From positions 1 to 46,023 of the forward strand of contig VGWB01000003.1 in assembly GCA_016873755.1 (NCBI GenBank): 46,023 nucleotides of DNA. The letters are read 5' to 3'. The stretch's first letter is position 1. Each line of letters opens with the position of its first letter. The notes under the pieces are model-generated. The model made no database searches. It saw only the letters and a program-made list of their open reading frames with translations, and had not been told where the DNA came from. The DNA comes from Ignavibacteria bacterium (GTDB lineage Bacteria > Bacteroidota > Ignavibacteria > UBA10030). The position numbers and the translations under genes are program-made. Positions 7,948 to 18,019 of the stretch are shown here, in pieces.

Positions 7948-9621
7948 TCAGACTTTGTCGAGAACAACCTCGCGCTCAGGCGGAACGGCATGTTCCTTCC
8001 GTCGAAACCGTCGATAGACCTCAACGGCGATCACGACGCCGAGGACGATGAGGATTACGGCGATGACGGAAAGGATGATATTGCCGCTCGGCAGATATTG
8101 CCAGAAGAGTTGGTAGACGAGCGCCCCCAGCGTCGTCGTCAGCATGAAAACAGCAGGAATTATCGTGAACTTCGTGGCCCTCTTATAACCAAAGAAATAC
8201 GCGCTCACCACGAGAAGCGAGAGCGCGCCGATCAGTTGGTTCGCGGCGCCAAAGGCCGGCCAGAGGACCCTCCAGCTATTGCCCGCGGTAATGACATAGG
8301 CCAACACCAGCCCGATCGCCGTCGCGACGAAGATGTTCCGGAAGAACGGGATTCGTTGTCCAACCGACTCCGTGACGATATAGCGTGTCAGGCGGGCACA
8401 AGTGTCGAGTGTCGTGAGAATGAAGGCGTTCAACATCAAGATGCCGAAGGCAATTCCGTACTGGAGGGGAATGCCGAGGCTTTCCAGGCCTCTGCCGATC
8501 GCCGTACCAAACGTGATGTTCGCCCCTTTTTCTGCCAGCAATGTGCCGAAAACGAATCCCGATAGTTCCGACGCGGGGGCCTTTTCCCAGAACAACACGC
8601 TCGAAATCAACAAGACCACGATCATTGCGAGAGCCCCCTCAGTAAGCATGCCGCCGAACGCTACCATTCTGCCTTCGGATTCCCGTCGTAGTTGCTTTGC
8701 GGAGGTGCCGCTTGCGACAACGGAGTGGAATCCCGAGATCGCACCGCACGCCACCGTGATGAAAAGAATCGGCCAGAGTGGGCCCTGTTTGCTGCTCGCG
8801 GTGATGAATGCAGGCCCCGTGATCTCGGGCCGCATGACGAGCAAGGAGGTGAAAGCGAGCACAAGACCAATGATGAGAATATACATCGACAGGTAGTCTC
8901 TCGGCTGAAGCAAGAACCACACCGGGATAACCGACGCGGCAAACGAGTAGATGAGGGCAGAGATGAGCCAGAAGTCGAAACTTGCCCGGATCGGAACAAG
9001 ATCACCGAGGATGATGAGGCCGAACATCAGTCCGATTCCAATGATCGTGCCGATCCACACATTGAAATTCCTGCGATAAACCGCAAACCCGAACAACATC
9101 GCAAGGACGATGAGACCGACCGTCGGAATCACGATCTCCGGTTTCTCTGCGAGGGTCTGTGCAGTCAGGACGGCAAACACGGCGATGACGAGAACGAGCG
9201 CGAGCCAGAGGAAAACGGAAAAAATCCATCGTGCCACGTTCGACACATGCGTCTGCGCGAGGTTTGCGACGGAGATGCCCCGACTGCGGACTGAGGTCAT
9301 GAGGGACGTATAATCGTGCACAGCGCCGATGAACACTGACCCCAGAAAGATCCAGAGCAGAGCCGGCAGCCACCCGAACAACGAGTAAGCCAGGATCGGT
9401 CCGACGATGGGGCCGGCGCCGGCAATCGAGGAAAAGTGATGTCCAAACAGCAGAGCCGGTTGCGACGGGACAAAATCCACATTATCTCGCTGGGCATTCG
9501 CCGGCGTGGGGCGATTATTGTCCGGCTGAATAATCTTGCGATCGATGAAGCCGCCGTACCAACGGTACATCACAATGAACCACACCGCTCCAAGGATACC
9601 TACCAGGGCCGCGTTCAACAT
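7948..9621 (-). CDS. cstA: Carbon starvation protein A family transporter
   Basis: LFGHHFSSIAGAGPIVGP, GAVHDY, LLQPRDY, ACGAISGFHS; GGAGG before ATG 9621. Confidence 0.92.
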   Translation of the reverse strand: MLNAALVGILGAVWFIVMYRWYGGFIDRKIIQPDNNRPTPANAQRDNVDFVPSQPALLFGHHFSSIAGAGPIVGPILAYSLFGWLPALLWIFLGSVFIGAVHDYTSLMTSVRSRGISVANLAQTHVSNVARWIFSVFLWLALVLVIAVFAVLTAQTLAEKPEIVIPTVGLIVLAMLFGFAVYRRNFNVWIGTIIGIGLMFGLIILGDLVPIRASFDFWLISALIYSFAASVIPVWFLLQPRDYLSMYILIIGLVLAFTSLLVMRPEITGPAFITASSKQGPLWPILFITVACGAISGFHSVVASGTSAKQLRRESEGRMVAFGGMLTEGALAMIVVLLISSVLFWEKAPASELSGFVFGTLLAEKGANITFGTAIGRGLESLGIPLQYGIAFGILMLNAFILTTLDTCARLTRYIVTESVGQRIPFFRNIFVATAIGLVLAYVITAGNSWRVLWPAFGAANQLIGALSLLVVSAYFFGYKRATKFTIIPAVFMLTTTLGALVYQLFWQYLPSGNIILSVIAVILIVLGVVIAVEVYRRFRRKEHAVPPEREVVLDKV

Positions 9622-9698
9622 ACCAGAGTCCTCCACATCATGTCATCGTTTCCGACAGAAGGAAGAAGTGCCAAGAAATGCAAGCGGAGGCCGAGACC

Positions 9699-10247
9699 TC
9701 ACGGCTGGGCGATATCCTCAGAACGCAGAAGGGTGACGCCCGCGTTCCTCATCTCCTCCAGCGCCTTTGGTCCGTCGTCAGGCTTCACATTGACGGCTGC
9801 TACAGCGTCAGTCACAACAAAGGTCCTGAAACCCTTACGAAAGGCATCCAGAGCCGAGGCCCGAACGCAGTAGTCAGTCGCAAGCCCGGCGACATACAGC
9901 TCGGTGACGTTTTTGGAATTGAGATATTCTCCCAAGTCATCGCTCGTCGCTTCGTAGGCCGAGTATCCGTCATCGGCGCCTCCGGTTCCCTTCAGAAACA
10001 CCTTCTGGATGGCATCGCTTTTCAGTTGAGGATGGAACTCCGCCCCAGGTGTTTCCTGCACGCAGTGAACAGGCCATTTCTGAAAGTGGACACTCTGAGG
10101 GGGATGCCAATCCTTTGAAGCAACGATGATGTCAAACTGATCCATCAAGCGGTTGATAACTGGAACAACCTTGTCGCCGTCTGGAACCGCCAAGGCGCCC
10201 CCCGGACAGAAATCGTTCTGGACGTCGACAATGAGCAGTGCTTTCAT
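9699..10247 (-). CDS. pncA: Nicotinamidase/pyrazinamidase
   Basis: IVDVQNDFCPGGAL, DWHP, WPVHC, GLATDYCV; adjacent to pncB. Confidence 0.93.
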   Translation of the reverse strand: MKALLIVDVQNDFCPGGALAVPDGDKVVPVINRLMDQFDIIVASKDWHPPQSVHFQKWPVHCVQETPGAEFHPQLKSDAIQKVFLKGTGGADDGYSAYEATSDDLGEYLNSKNVTELYVAGLATDYCVRASALDAFRKGFRTFVVTDAVAAVNVKPDDGPKALEEMRNAGVTLLRSEDIAQP

Positions 10248-10267
10248 ATCCTGATTCTCCAGTCACA

Positions 10268-11680
10268 TCATTTCTGGTGAAACTCGTCCACGAGCTTCGT
10301 TCGGAGGTGCATAAGTTGCTCGGTGATCCCAACCTTGTAAATATGGGGGTTCTCAAATCTCTTGTGTTCTGCGGCGAGCCGCGACAAGCGCTCCTTTGCA
10401 TACTCCGCACTCTGCTGTGCCGAGCTGCGGACGAGCACCTTCCCTTCCTTCATCACCGTCTTCATGAGCGGTTCCGAAGAATAGCGCTGCAGAGCGCTGC
10501 GCTGCTCAGCAAAATAAGGATGGAAGATGATTTCCGGTACCGACTCCTCCTCCAATGCGACCGCATCCGCATAGAAAAGGCCTTGATCGTCTGTGAAGCG
10601 GTAGATTTTCTTGACCCCCGGAAGGGTTAGCTTTGTGTAGTTCTCCGAGAATTTCAGCCGAGGGATATTGTCGGACATGCTGAGCTTGTACACGCCGTCA
10701 AGCGCCGCCGAAGTCTGCCCGGTGATCAACCTCGTCCCGACACCGAATACATCAATCGGCGCCCCCTGGTCCTCCAGTAGACTCCGGATGACATACTCAT
10801 CAAGCTGGTTCGATACAGCGATCTTGACGTACGATAGGCCCGCCTGATCAAGCATCTGCCGGGCATGCTTGCTCAAATATGCGAGATCGCCGCTGTCCAA
10901 CCGGATCGCGATCAGACGATTGCCCGACTGTTCGAGCTCTTTCGCAACCGTTATCGCATTCGGGACGCCGCTCCTGAGGGTATTGTAGGTGTCCACGAGG
11001 AGGACGGATCTGTCTGGATAGATCTCGGCGTACTTCCTGAACGCGGCCAGTTCGTCACCATAGCTCTGGATCCACGAATGCGCCTGTGTTCCCGAGACCG
11101 GGAACCCGCTATGGAAAGCCGAGTAGACATTGGAGGTAGCGTCTACACCGCCGATGATAGCCGCCTTGCTGCCATGGATCCCTCCGAGTCCCTGTGCCCG
11201 GCGGAGACCAAAATCAACAACGCGCCTCCCTCCAGCCGCCATCTTGATACGCGAAGCCTTCGTGGCAATGAGCGACTCAAAGTTGAGAAAATTGAGAAGT
11301 ACCGTCTCGACGATCTGTGATTGGATGAGCGTACCCTCTACACGAAGGACCGGCTCCAGCGGAAAGACCACTTCTCCCTCCCGGGCGGACGTGATCGTTC
11401 CCCGGAACGTGAACGATCTCAAGTATTCAAGAAACGCGTCCCGGAATCCCAGACTCTTCAGATATTCAAGTGTGTCACCTCCGAACTGGAGATTCTCGAT
11501 GATCTCCAGAACATCCGTGAGACCCGCGAAGATCACATAGCCGCCGTTGAACGGATTCTCGCGGAAGAAGTAGTCAAAGCAGCTCACCGTGTCGGCGCGG
11601 CCGGAGAGAAAATAGCCCTGGGCCATCGTCAGTTGATAGTAGTCAGTGTAGATCCCGCCGTGGTGATCGAGAAGATTCAT
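10268..11680 (-). CDS. pncB: Nicotinate phosphoribosyltransferase
   Basis: TDYYQLTM, DFGLRRAQG, GTQAHSW, LVDTY, IRLDSGDL. Confidence 0.95.
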   Translation of the reverse strand: MNLLDHHGGIYTDYYQLTMAQGYFLSGRADTVSCFDYFFRENPFNGGYVIFAGLTDVLEIIENLQFGGDTLEYLKSLGFRDAFLEYLRSFTFRGTITSAREGEVVFPLEPVLRVEGTLIQSQIVETVLLNFLNFESLIATKASRIKMAAGGRRVVDFGLRRAQGLGGIHGSKAAIIGGVDATSNVYSAFHSGFPVSGTQAHSWIQSYGDELAAFRKYAEIYPDRSVLLVDTYNTLRSGVPNAITVAKELEQSGNRLIAIRLDSGDLAYLSKHARQMLDQAGLSYVKIAVSNQLDEYVIRSLLEDQGAPIDVFGVGTRLITGQTSAALDGVYKLSMSDNIPRLKFSENYTKLTLPGVKKIYRFTDDQGLFYADAVALEEESVPEIIFHPYFAEQRSALQRYSSEPLMKTVMKEGKVLVRSSAQQSAEYAKERLSRLAAEHKRFENPHIYKVGITEQLMHLRTKLVDEFHQK

Positions 11681-11710
11681 AAGAAATTCAACCTACTATC
11701 CTTTCCTCTC

Positions 11711-12061
11711 CTAGAACGCATTGCGGATCAGGCGAATATCCGTTTCTCCGCTGGTGAACGTGACAGCAACGACATCAAACCTGCACGACTGATCTTCGAT
11801 CCCTCTTTCAAAGAGATAGCCTTCGGCAACTCTCCTGATCTGTTCTTCCTTCTGAGGGGTGACTGCATCTTCGGGAGGGCCGAACGCGTCCGATCTGCGT
11901 GCCTTGACTTCGATGAAGACGAGCTCATCGCCATCACTGGCAATCAGATCGATCTCTCCCCGGTCGAACCGGTAGTTGCGCTCCACGATCCGATATCCCA
12001 GTCCTTCCAGATATCGGGCCGCTAAATCTTCCCCACGCAGTCCTTGTTCTTTTCGGTTCAC
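11711..12061 (-). CDS. yraN: YraN family putative endonuclease (UPF0102)
   Basis: GEDLAARYL..GY.I.ERNYR..GEIDLIA..FIEVK..RFDV; typical position after rnhB. Confidence 0.9.
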   Translation of the reverse strand: MNRKEQGLRGEDLAARYLEGLGYRIVERNYRFDRGEIDLIASDGDELVFIEVKARRSDAFGPPEDAVTPQKEEQIRRVAEGYLFERGIEDQSCRFDVVAVTFTSGETDIRLIRNAF

Positions 12062-12711
12062 GGGCGAGCGTCCGTTGTCGAGCTGCCTGGTTCGACTCTC
12101 TGCGTGTGGAAGCTCCTTCGGTGGATTTCACACAAGCCATGCTGCTGTATTGCGTGGAAATGCCGCTTCGTCCCGTACCCCTTATGCCTGTCAAATCCAT
12201 ACACAGGGAACAGCTCGTGGAACTCCCTCATTAGATCGTCACGGGTCACTTTCGCGATGATCGATGCCGCTGCGATCGTGAAGGATCGTGAGTCACCGTG
12301 CACGATGTTTACATACCGGAGCCTGTCGTGGGTGAAACTGTTTCCGTCTGCCAGGATGATCTGCGGCTCAAGACGGAGCCTCTCAATCGCTTTCCGCATA
12401 GCAAGGATGGAAGCCTGAAAGATGTTGATGCTATCGATGACCTCGTGACTCACAATGCCCACACCGACGCCGAGGGCTTGTTCATAGATGGTGTGAAAGA
12501 GAACCTCCCGCTTCTTCGCGCTCAGCCTCTTGGAATCATCAACGCCTTCGATGAGCTTGCCCCTGGGGAAAACAACCGCCGCAGCGACAACGGGACCCGC
12601 AAGCGGTCCGCGACCTGCCTCATCCACGCCGGCGATGAGATCGATGCCTTGATCCCAATACTCTTGCTCGAAATCCAGAGTGGGATGGTGCCTGAGTGTC
12701 CTGATACCCAT
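12058..12711 (-). CDS. rnhB: Ribonuclease HII
   Basis: GVDEAGRGPLAGPVVAAAV, DSK, IAAASIIAKVTRD, HKGYGT. Confidence 0.97.
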   Translation of the reverse strand: MGIRTLRHHPTLDFEQEYWDQGIDLIAGVDEAGRGPLAGPVVAAAVVFPRGKLIEGVDDSKRLSAKKREVLFHTIYEQALGVGVGIVSHEVIDSINIFQASILAMRKAIERLRLEPQIILADGNSFTHDRLRYVNIVHGDSRSFTIAAASIIAKVTRDDLMREFHELFPVYGFDRHKGYGTKRHFHAIQQHGLCEIHRRSFHTQRVEPGSSTTDARP

Positions 12712-12728
12712 AACAAGGAAGAGCTCCG

Positions 12729-13568
12729 CTACGATCCCACGTAGATCGCCACAAGGCCCACGATCATGGTTAGCTTTAAAATACGACTTAGGTTATTCAA
12801 ATTCGAGGCAGTCCTGTCTTTCCACATCGAGATTACAACGTACACCAGAGCGATGTTCACGAGGGAGACGATGGCAAGGTATTCCACGGAATAGGCCCCG
12901 CTGGAATACGGCAGAAACGTAGCCGAAATGAGCAAAACGATGGTCAATGATGCCAGTATCAAACCCGGTTTTGCACCATACTTCACCGGCAGAGTCTGAG
13001 CGTTCTGCCTGGCGTCCCCTTCGATATCCTCCACATCTTTGACGAACTCACGGGCAACATTGATGAGAAAGGCGAACAACGCCGGAAAGAACGACCGCTC
13101 CAGATTTCCCACGGTCAGGGCACCGTACACAAATGCAAGCGCGGTGACAAGTCCGACGAGCAGATTCCCGAGGAGCACAGTGCGCTTGAAGACCCTGCTG
13201 TAGAAGTAGAGTGACAAGATCGAAAACAATGCAATTGCCAACGTCCCTGCCCCAAGCGACGCGCCCAGGACAAGGCCGACGGAGGATGTAGCTCCCCACA
13301 ATCGCCACGCCCCTCGTGGCGTTGCGGCTCCGCTCGGCAAGGGCCGTGCTGGCCTGTTGACCCTGTCAATTTCCAGATCGAAGTAGTCGTTGATTGCGTA
13401 GCCACCACCGGCAATGAGTGCGCCAGAGAGTGAGGCAAGGAGCACCATGAGCCAATCGGAGGGACGCGCACCGGCGAGAACTGCCGCGGCGGCTATCGTC
13501 AGAAACACGATGCCGATATTAAAGGGGCGCAGGAGTTTCAAGTAGCCGACGGTCGAGCTAGAATTCAC
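12729..13568 (-). CDS. UbiA-family prenyltransferase, DGGGP-synthase-like
   Basis: NDYFDLEIDRVNRPARPLPSG and REFVKDVEDIEGD aspartate-rich motifs typical of the DGGGP synthase subfamily; multiple TM helices. Confidence 0.8.
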   Translation of the reverse strand: MNSSSTVGYLKLLRPFNIGIVFLTIAAAAVLAGARPSDWLMVLLASLSGALIAGGGYAINDYFDLEIDRVNRPARPLPSGAATPRGAWRLWGATSSVGLVLGASLGAGTLAIALFSILSLYFYSRVFKRTVLLGNLLVGLVTALAFVYGALTVGNLERSFFPALFAFLINVAREFVKDVEDIEGDARQNAQTLPVKYGAKPGLILASLTIVLLISATFLPYSSGAYSVEYLAIVSLVNIALVYVVISMWKDRTASNLNNLSRILKLTMIVGLVAIYVGS

Positions 13569-15378
13569 TGACGAGTCTCACGTGTAATTTTGCCGTGCTG
13601 AATGTATCACCTTGTCCGAACGCGACGCTGACGCCGATCAAACCCAGCGGTGAGTCCAACCGTACACCGACACCATACCCGAGTCTGGTGAATTCGCTCT
13701 GAGCCAGTCCCAGCACCTGCTGATCGGGAGAGAAAACATATCCTGCGTCGAGAAATCCAAAGAGATATGAGCGTCGCCCGACGAGCAAGCGATACTCGAT
13801 GCTGGACCACGCAAGCCGCGACCCGAGGAACTGCGCCTCGCGATAGCCACGCAATGTCGATGCCCCGCCAAGCCGGTAGAGGTCACTCATTTCTACCGTC
13901 TTGCTTCGAACGTCACGCGCATATATCGATGCGGCTAGAACCTGGCGGCCAAAGATCGACAGGAAATGCTCGAAATCAAAACTGAGCCGCTGGGTCGTGC
14001 TGCGAGTGTCCCCTCCGGGCAGAACCGGCCTTGTTATGTCCTTGACGCCGGTGTAATATTCTGTCCGATAGCGGAATCCGCTGGTTGGAGTCTCAGGATC
14101 ATTCCGGGAATCGTACGAAATCGACACTCCGAAGTTTCTGGTCCGGCTCTCGTTCATCACCCTGGCACCGTAGCCCTCACTCGGAAAGACATTCGACTGG
14201 GAGAATGAGATTCCGACAGTCCAGTCGTGCAGCAGCATGACGTCAGCGTTGATGGAATATCGGCGCAGTACATACGTTGAATCCTGCTTTCGCTGAAAGA
14301 ACGCTCCCTCAGCCTCCACAGGGAAGCCCGCCACCCAGGGTTCCCGATAGTGCAGTTCGACCTCCTGGGTGCTCTGGTTCTCGCGATACCAGCGTGCGGA
14401 CAGCTTTCTTGCCGTGCCCAACAGATTGCGGAACTCCACGTTGAGAAGGCCCATCAGATATCCGTCGATACCGGAGCCGGCTGGAGGAACGTAGCCGACA
14501 ATGCCATCGAAACGATTGGGATGGCCCTCCTGCACCTTGATGAGCAAGCCGGTGGAACCGTCCGGATTGATGAAGACTTCGGGCAACGAAACCGAGGAAA
14601 ACAGCTGCAGCCGGTCGAGATTTCGTTTGATCCTTTCCTGTTCGTCTCCCTGCAGGATCTCGCCATTGGTGATTCTCATCTCCCTGAGGATCACATCCGT
14701 TTTCGTGGTGGTGTTCCCCTCGACGAGCACTGATCCGAGTCGCGCGAGACTGCCCTCGGAGACGGAGAGTTCCACCGCTGCTTGTATGCGGTCATCGCGC
14801 TCCTCGAACGAGATATCCACGATCTCAATCCTCGCAAATGGATGACCGCTTCGTTCATACAGCTTGAGGAGGGTCTGAATATCCCGCTCCAGGACCGGAG
14901 GATGAAAAGGGGCCCCTGTCCGCGTCTCCATTGAAGCCACAAGCTGGCTTTCGTGCAGCGCTCTCACGCCGCTGACCTGCAACAAAGAGACATACGCCGG
15001 CTTCCCCTCGCTGACCCAGATCGAAAGGTCGGATGCATCGCCCACCTCCGACTGAACAACTGCGACTGAATCAATCCGAGCAAAGACATAGCCTTCGCTT
15101 ACATATCGAGCAACGATACGCTCCAGGTCCCCTGCGACGAATGGTCCCCCCTCTCGGCTCTCCATCCACGACTTTATCTCTGCAGCCGAGAACGCCCGGT
15201 TTCCCACAAAAGATATCGAGTTCAGGACTCGGTGGTCCTGGGACAAAGCAGGTGTCATCGCCAGGAGAGCAACGACGAACTGCAGCACGTAGAAATGCGA
15301 AAAGCCAGGCGAAGATTCCCCCGCTCTGGCTTTTCTGTCTTGTGTCTTCAACGTCACACTCAGCGGACTCGTCCCCAA
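13558..15378 (-). CDS. BamA/TamA (Omp85) family outer-membrane protein with POTRA domains
   Basis: POTRA-like repeats (FVGNRAFS, VEGNTTTKTDVILRE), LRGY barrel motif, SPLG, C-terminal Phe; start uncertain. Confidence 0.85.
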   Translation of the reverse strand: MGTSPLSVTLKTQDRKARAGESSPGFSHFYVLQFVVALLAMTPALSQDHRVLNSISFVGNRAFSAAEIKSWMESREGGPFVAGDLERIVARYVSEGYVFARIDSVAVVQSEVGDASDLSIWVSEGKPAYVSLLQVSGVRALHESQLVASMETRTGAPFHPPVLERDIQTLLKLYERSGHPFARIEIVDISFEERDDRIQAAVELSVSEGSLARLGSVLVEGNTTTKTDVILREMRITNGEILQGDEQERIKRNLDRLQLFSSVSLPEVFINPDGSTGLLIKVQEGHPNRFDGIVGYVPPAGSGIDGYLMGLLNVEFRNLLGTARKLSARWYRENQSTQEVELHYREPWVAGFPVEAEGAFFQRKQDSTYVLRRYSINADVMLLHDWTVGISFSQSNVFPSEGYGARVMNESRTRNFGVSISYDSRNDPETPTSGFRYRTEYYTGVKDITRPVLPGGDTRSTTQRLSFDFEHFLSIFGRQVLAASIYARDVRSKTVEMSDLYRLGGASTLRGYREAQFLGSRLAWSSIEYRLLVGRRSYLFGFLDAGYVFSPDQQVLGLAQSEFTRLGYGVGVRLDSPLGLIGVSVAFGQGDTFSTAKLHVRLVSEF

Positions 15379-16667
15379 AGGTCGGTCGTCGGATACCGTA
15401 ATCGATAGTCGCCAAAACCCGACTCGTCAACGAAGATGAACTGGCGGTTCAACTGATAGTAGTACCAGATTTCGTAAGGCTTCGAATTGAGCTCGAAAGG
15501 GTGGCGCTCGATATTCTCCGGGGGCCCGAAACGGATGAAGACCATCCCCATATCCGTCCTCCACCCTTCGACGTAGCTCTTGAAGTTCTGATTCGCGTAT
15601 TCAACCCGTGCATAGTACTCCTCCATCAGCTCATTGCGCGGCGTTTGCGGATCGGGATCCCGCTTTGACCAGAACTCCAGGAAGCGCTTGCGCCGTTCTG
15701 TATCATCAGCCTCCTCGCGGATATATGAAAGCTCGGATTCGCGGGCGATGTAGATCAACTGATCGATCGCTTTGTCCAAGTCGAGGATAGCGACGGGAAG
15801 ATCGATAGAGCGAACCGTGAAGGTCCGTGAGGTGGTTGCCTTCAGACCTCTGTGTGCTTCCGCAGCGTCCCCTGCCGGAACAGCATCAACTGTCAGGAAG
15901 TACGACCCCATCGGCAGGTTCAGGTCATCAACCTTCAGAAACACCTGGCTCCTCTTGCCGGTCACCGCTTCGGGCTCATTACGCTTGAACACTTCTGATT
16001 TCTTGAGATTGAGGATCTTCCACGTGATGTCGAGGGTATCGATCGCCGGAGGAGCATAGGCCTCGAAGAACACGAAGAACCCGTCCGAGATTCGATTGAC
16101 ATTTCCCGAGATGATCGGCACGATAGTCTTCCGTTCCCCGTCCGTTGTAAGGCGGCTGACGAGCATGATATCGCTCAGACTCAGGGGATCTTTCGCGAAG
16201 TCGGTAACCATCAAGGATCGCCGTATCTGCGCGCTCTTCTGTGACTCCTGGTCGCGAACCCGCACCGTGATCTGGTATGTGCCAGGATCAACATCGAGGC
16301 TGCGCTGAGTAAGATTGTACACCCTGTTGGAGGTTGTTTGACTGAAGTCGGCCACGCGGACTTCGACGCTCCACAGGCGTTCGTGAACAAGCTGCTGAGC
16401 CGTCGTGTATATGCTGAGGGTTACCTCATAGCGAGCGACGTAATAGTCCCCCTCCTTGAGGAAGCGGATCTCCTCATGAGACACCTGAACGTATGCCTCG
16501 ATTCGCGACTTCTGCGGCTGATTGGAGGCGTACGCGATGGCATCGAAATGGAAAGTCGGGCCGGCATCCGCCCGTGATTGCCCCATCTCAACCTGCGCGT
16601 GGACAGCTCCCCAGCCTGCAACGAGCCCCGCAAGAACTGCCGATCTTAACACCGATATGGCTTTCAT
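15360..16667 (-). CDS. GWxTD domain-containing exported protein
   Basis: Signal peptide; FWSKRDPDP..NE..EEYYARVEYAN..GWRTDMG..FGPP..YEIWYY. Confidence 0.85.
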   Translation of the reverse strand: MKAISVLRSAVLAGLVAGWGAVHAQVEMGQSRADAGPTFHFDAIAYASNQPQKSRIEAYVQVSHEEIRFLKEGDYYVARYEVTLSIYTTAQQLVHERLWSVEVRVADFSQTTSNRVYNLTQRSLDVDPGTYQITVRVRDQESQKSAQIRRSLMVTDFAKDPLSLSDIMLVSRLTTDGERKTIVPIISGNVNRISDGFFVFFEAYAPPAIDTLDITWKILNLKKSEVFKRNEPEAVTGKRSQVFLKVDDLNLPMGSYFLTVDAVPAGDAAEAHRGLKATTSRTFTVRSIDLPVAILDLDKAIDQLIYIARESELSYIREEADDTERRKRFLEFWSKRDPDPQTPRNELMEEYYARVEYANQNFKSYVEGWRTDMGMVFIRFGPPENIERHPFELNSKPYEIWYYYQLNRQFIFVDESGFGDYRLRYPTTDLWGRVR

Positions 16668-16684
16668 ACTCTGTTTTCCTTCCC

Positions 16685-18019
16685 TCAAGGTGAGAGGCTT
16701 CCTCCCTCAATCTCCCCGAATAAATCATACTCTGTTGCATCCACGACGCGGACTGAGGCAATACTTCCTTCCGACAATCCGTTGCTTGAAGTGACATATA
16801 CTTCCTGGTCAATCTCGGGGGCGTCCCACTCCGTTCGTCCGACGAGAAAATCTCCCTCTCGACGATCGAAGAGCACGTTGACCGTGCTGCCAATCAGCGA
16901 CTGGTTACGTTCCAGCGATATCCCTTGCTGAAGCTGCATGATCCCGTCCCGTCGCGCCTCCTTCACCTCTTTGGGAATCGGATCTCCGAGATCATACGCT
17001 GCCGTTCCGTCTTCTTGCGAGTACGTGAATACCCCCAGCCTGTGGAATTTCATCTGACTCACAAAATCGCAGAGGATCTCGTAGTCCCTCTCCGTCTCGT
17101 TCGGGTAACCTACAATGAGCGTGGTGCGGAGAGCGATGTCGGGCAATTTCTCTCGGATGCTCTGAATCAGTTCTCTCGTCGCACGGCGCGTGACGCCCCG
17201 CCGCATCGACCTCAGCACGTCATCCGATGCGTGTTGCACAGGAATATCGAGATACCGACAGAGCTTCGGCGATTCGCAGTAGACATTCAAGATACCCATC
17301 GGGAATTTCGCCGGGAACGCGTACATCAGCCGGATCCATTCGATGCCCCCGATTGTCGTCACTCTCCGCAGCAGCGTCTCCAAACGACGTTCACCGTAGC
17401 GGTCGACCCCGTAGTACGTCGTGTCCTGACCGATAAGAATCAGCTCCTTCACGCCTTTGTCGGCCAGACGCTGTGCCTCCCCAACGACTTCCTCAAGCGG
17501 TCTCGTCCGGTGGGTTCCGCGCATCAGGGGGATCGCACAGAACGAACACGGGTGATCGCAGCCCTCAGAGATCTTCAGGTACGCAGAATGAGACGGAGTC
17601 GAGAGCACCCTCTCCCCCAGGAGCTCCTGCCTGAAGTCCACGCCCAATTCGGCCACGACCTCCCTGAGGTGGTGAGACCCGTAATAGGCATCGACGTCGG
17701 GGATCTCCTGCGCCAGCTGCTCTGCATACCGCTCGGAAAGGCATCCCATCACCACCACTTTCTTGAGCCTTCCGATATTCTTTCGCTGAACGGCCTCCAC
17801 GATCGCGTCGACGGATTCCTGTTTGGCCGCTTCGATGAATCCGCACGTGTTGACGACAGCGATCTCCGCGTCTTCCACGTCCTCGACAAGCCGGGCCCCG
17901 TTCCCTCCCAGCTGCCCGAGCAAGAGTTCGGTGTCGACGACGTTCTTCGAGCAACCCAGAGTTATGACGCTGATACCGGGCCCACGTTTCCTCTTCATTC
18001 CATCCACGATCGTTCTCAC
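16685..18019 (-). CDS. rimO: Ribosomal protein S12 methylthiotransferase
   Basis: LGCSKNVVD, NTCGFIE, radical SAM CDHPCSFC, C-terminal TRAM with APEID. Confidence 0.95.
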   Translation of the reverse strand: MRTIVDGMKRKRGPGISVITLGCSKNVVDTELLLGQLGGNGARLVEDVEDAEIAVVNTCGFIEAAKQESVDAIVEAVQRKNIGRLKKVVVMGCLSERYAEQLAQEIPDVDAYYGSHHLREVVAELGVDFRQELLGERVLSTPSHSAYLKISEGCDHPCSFCAIPLMRGTHRTRPLEEVVGEAQRLADKGVKELILIGQDTTYYGVDRYGERRLETLLRRVTTIGGIEWIRLMYAFPAKFPMGILNVYCESPKLCRYLDIPVQHASDDVLRSMRRGVTRRATRELIQSIREKLPDIALRTTLIVGYPNETERDYEILCDFVSQMKFHRLGVFTYSQEDGTAAYDLGDPIPKEVKEARRDGIMQLQQGISLERNQSLIGSTVNVLFDRREGDFLVGRTEWDAPEIDQEVYVTSSNGLSEGSIASVRVVDATEYDLFGEIEGGSLSP

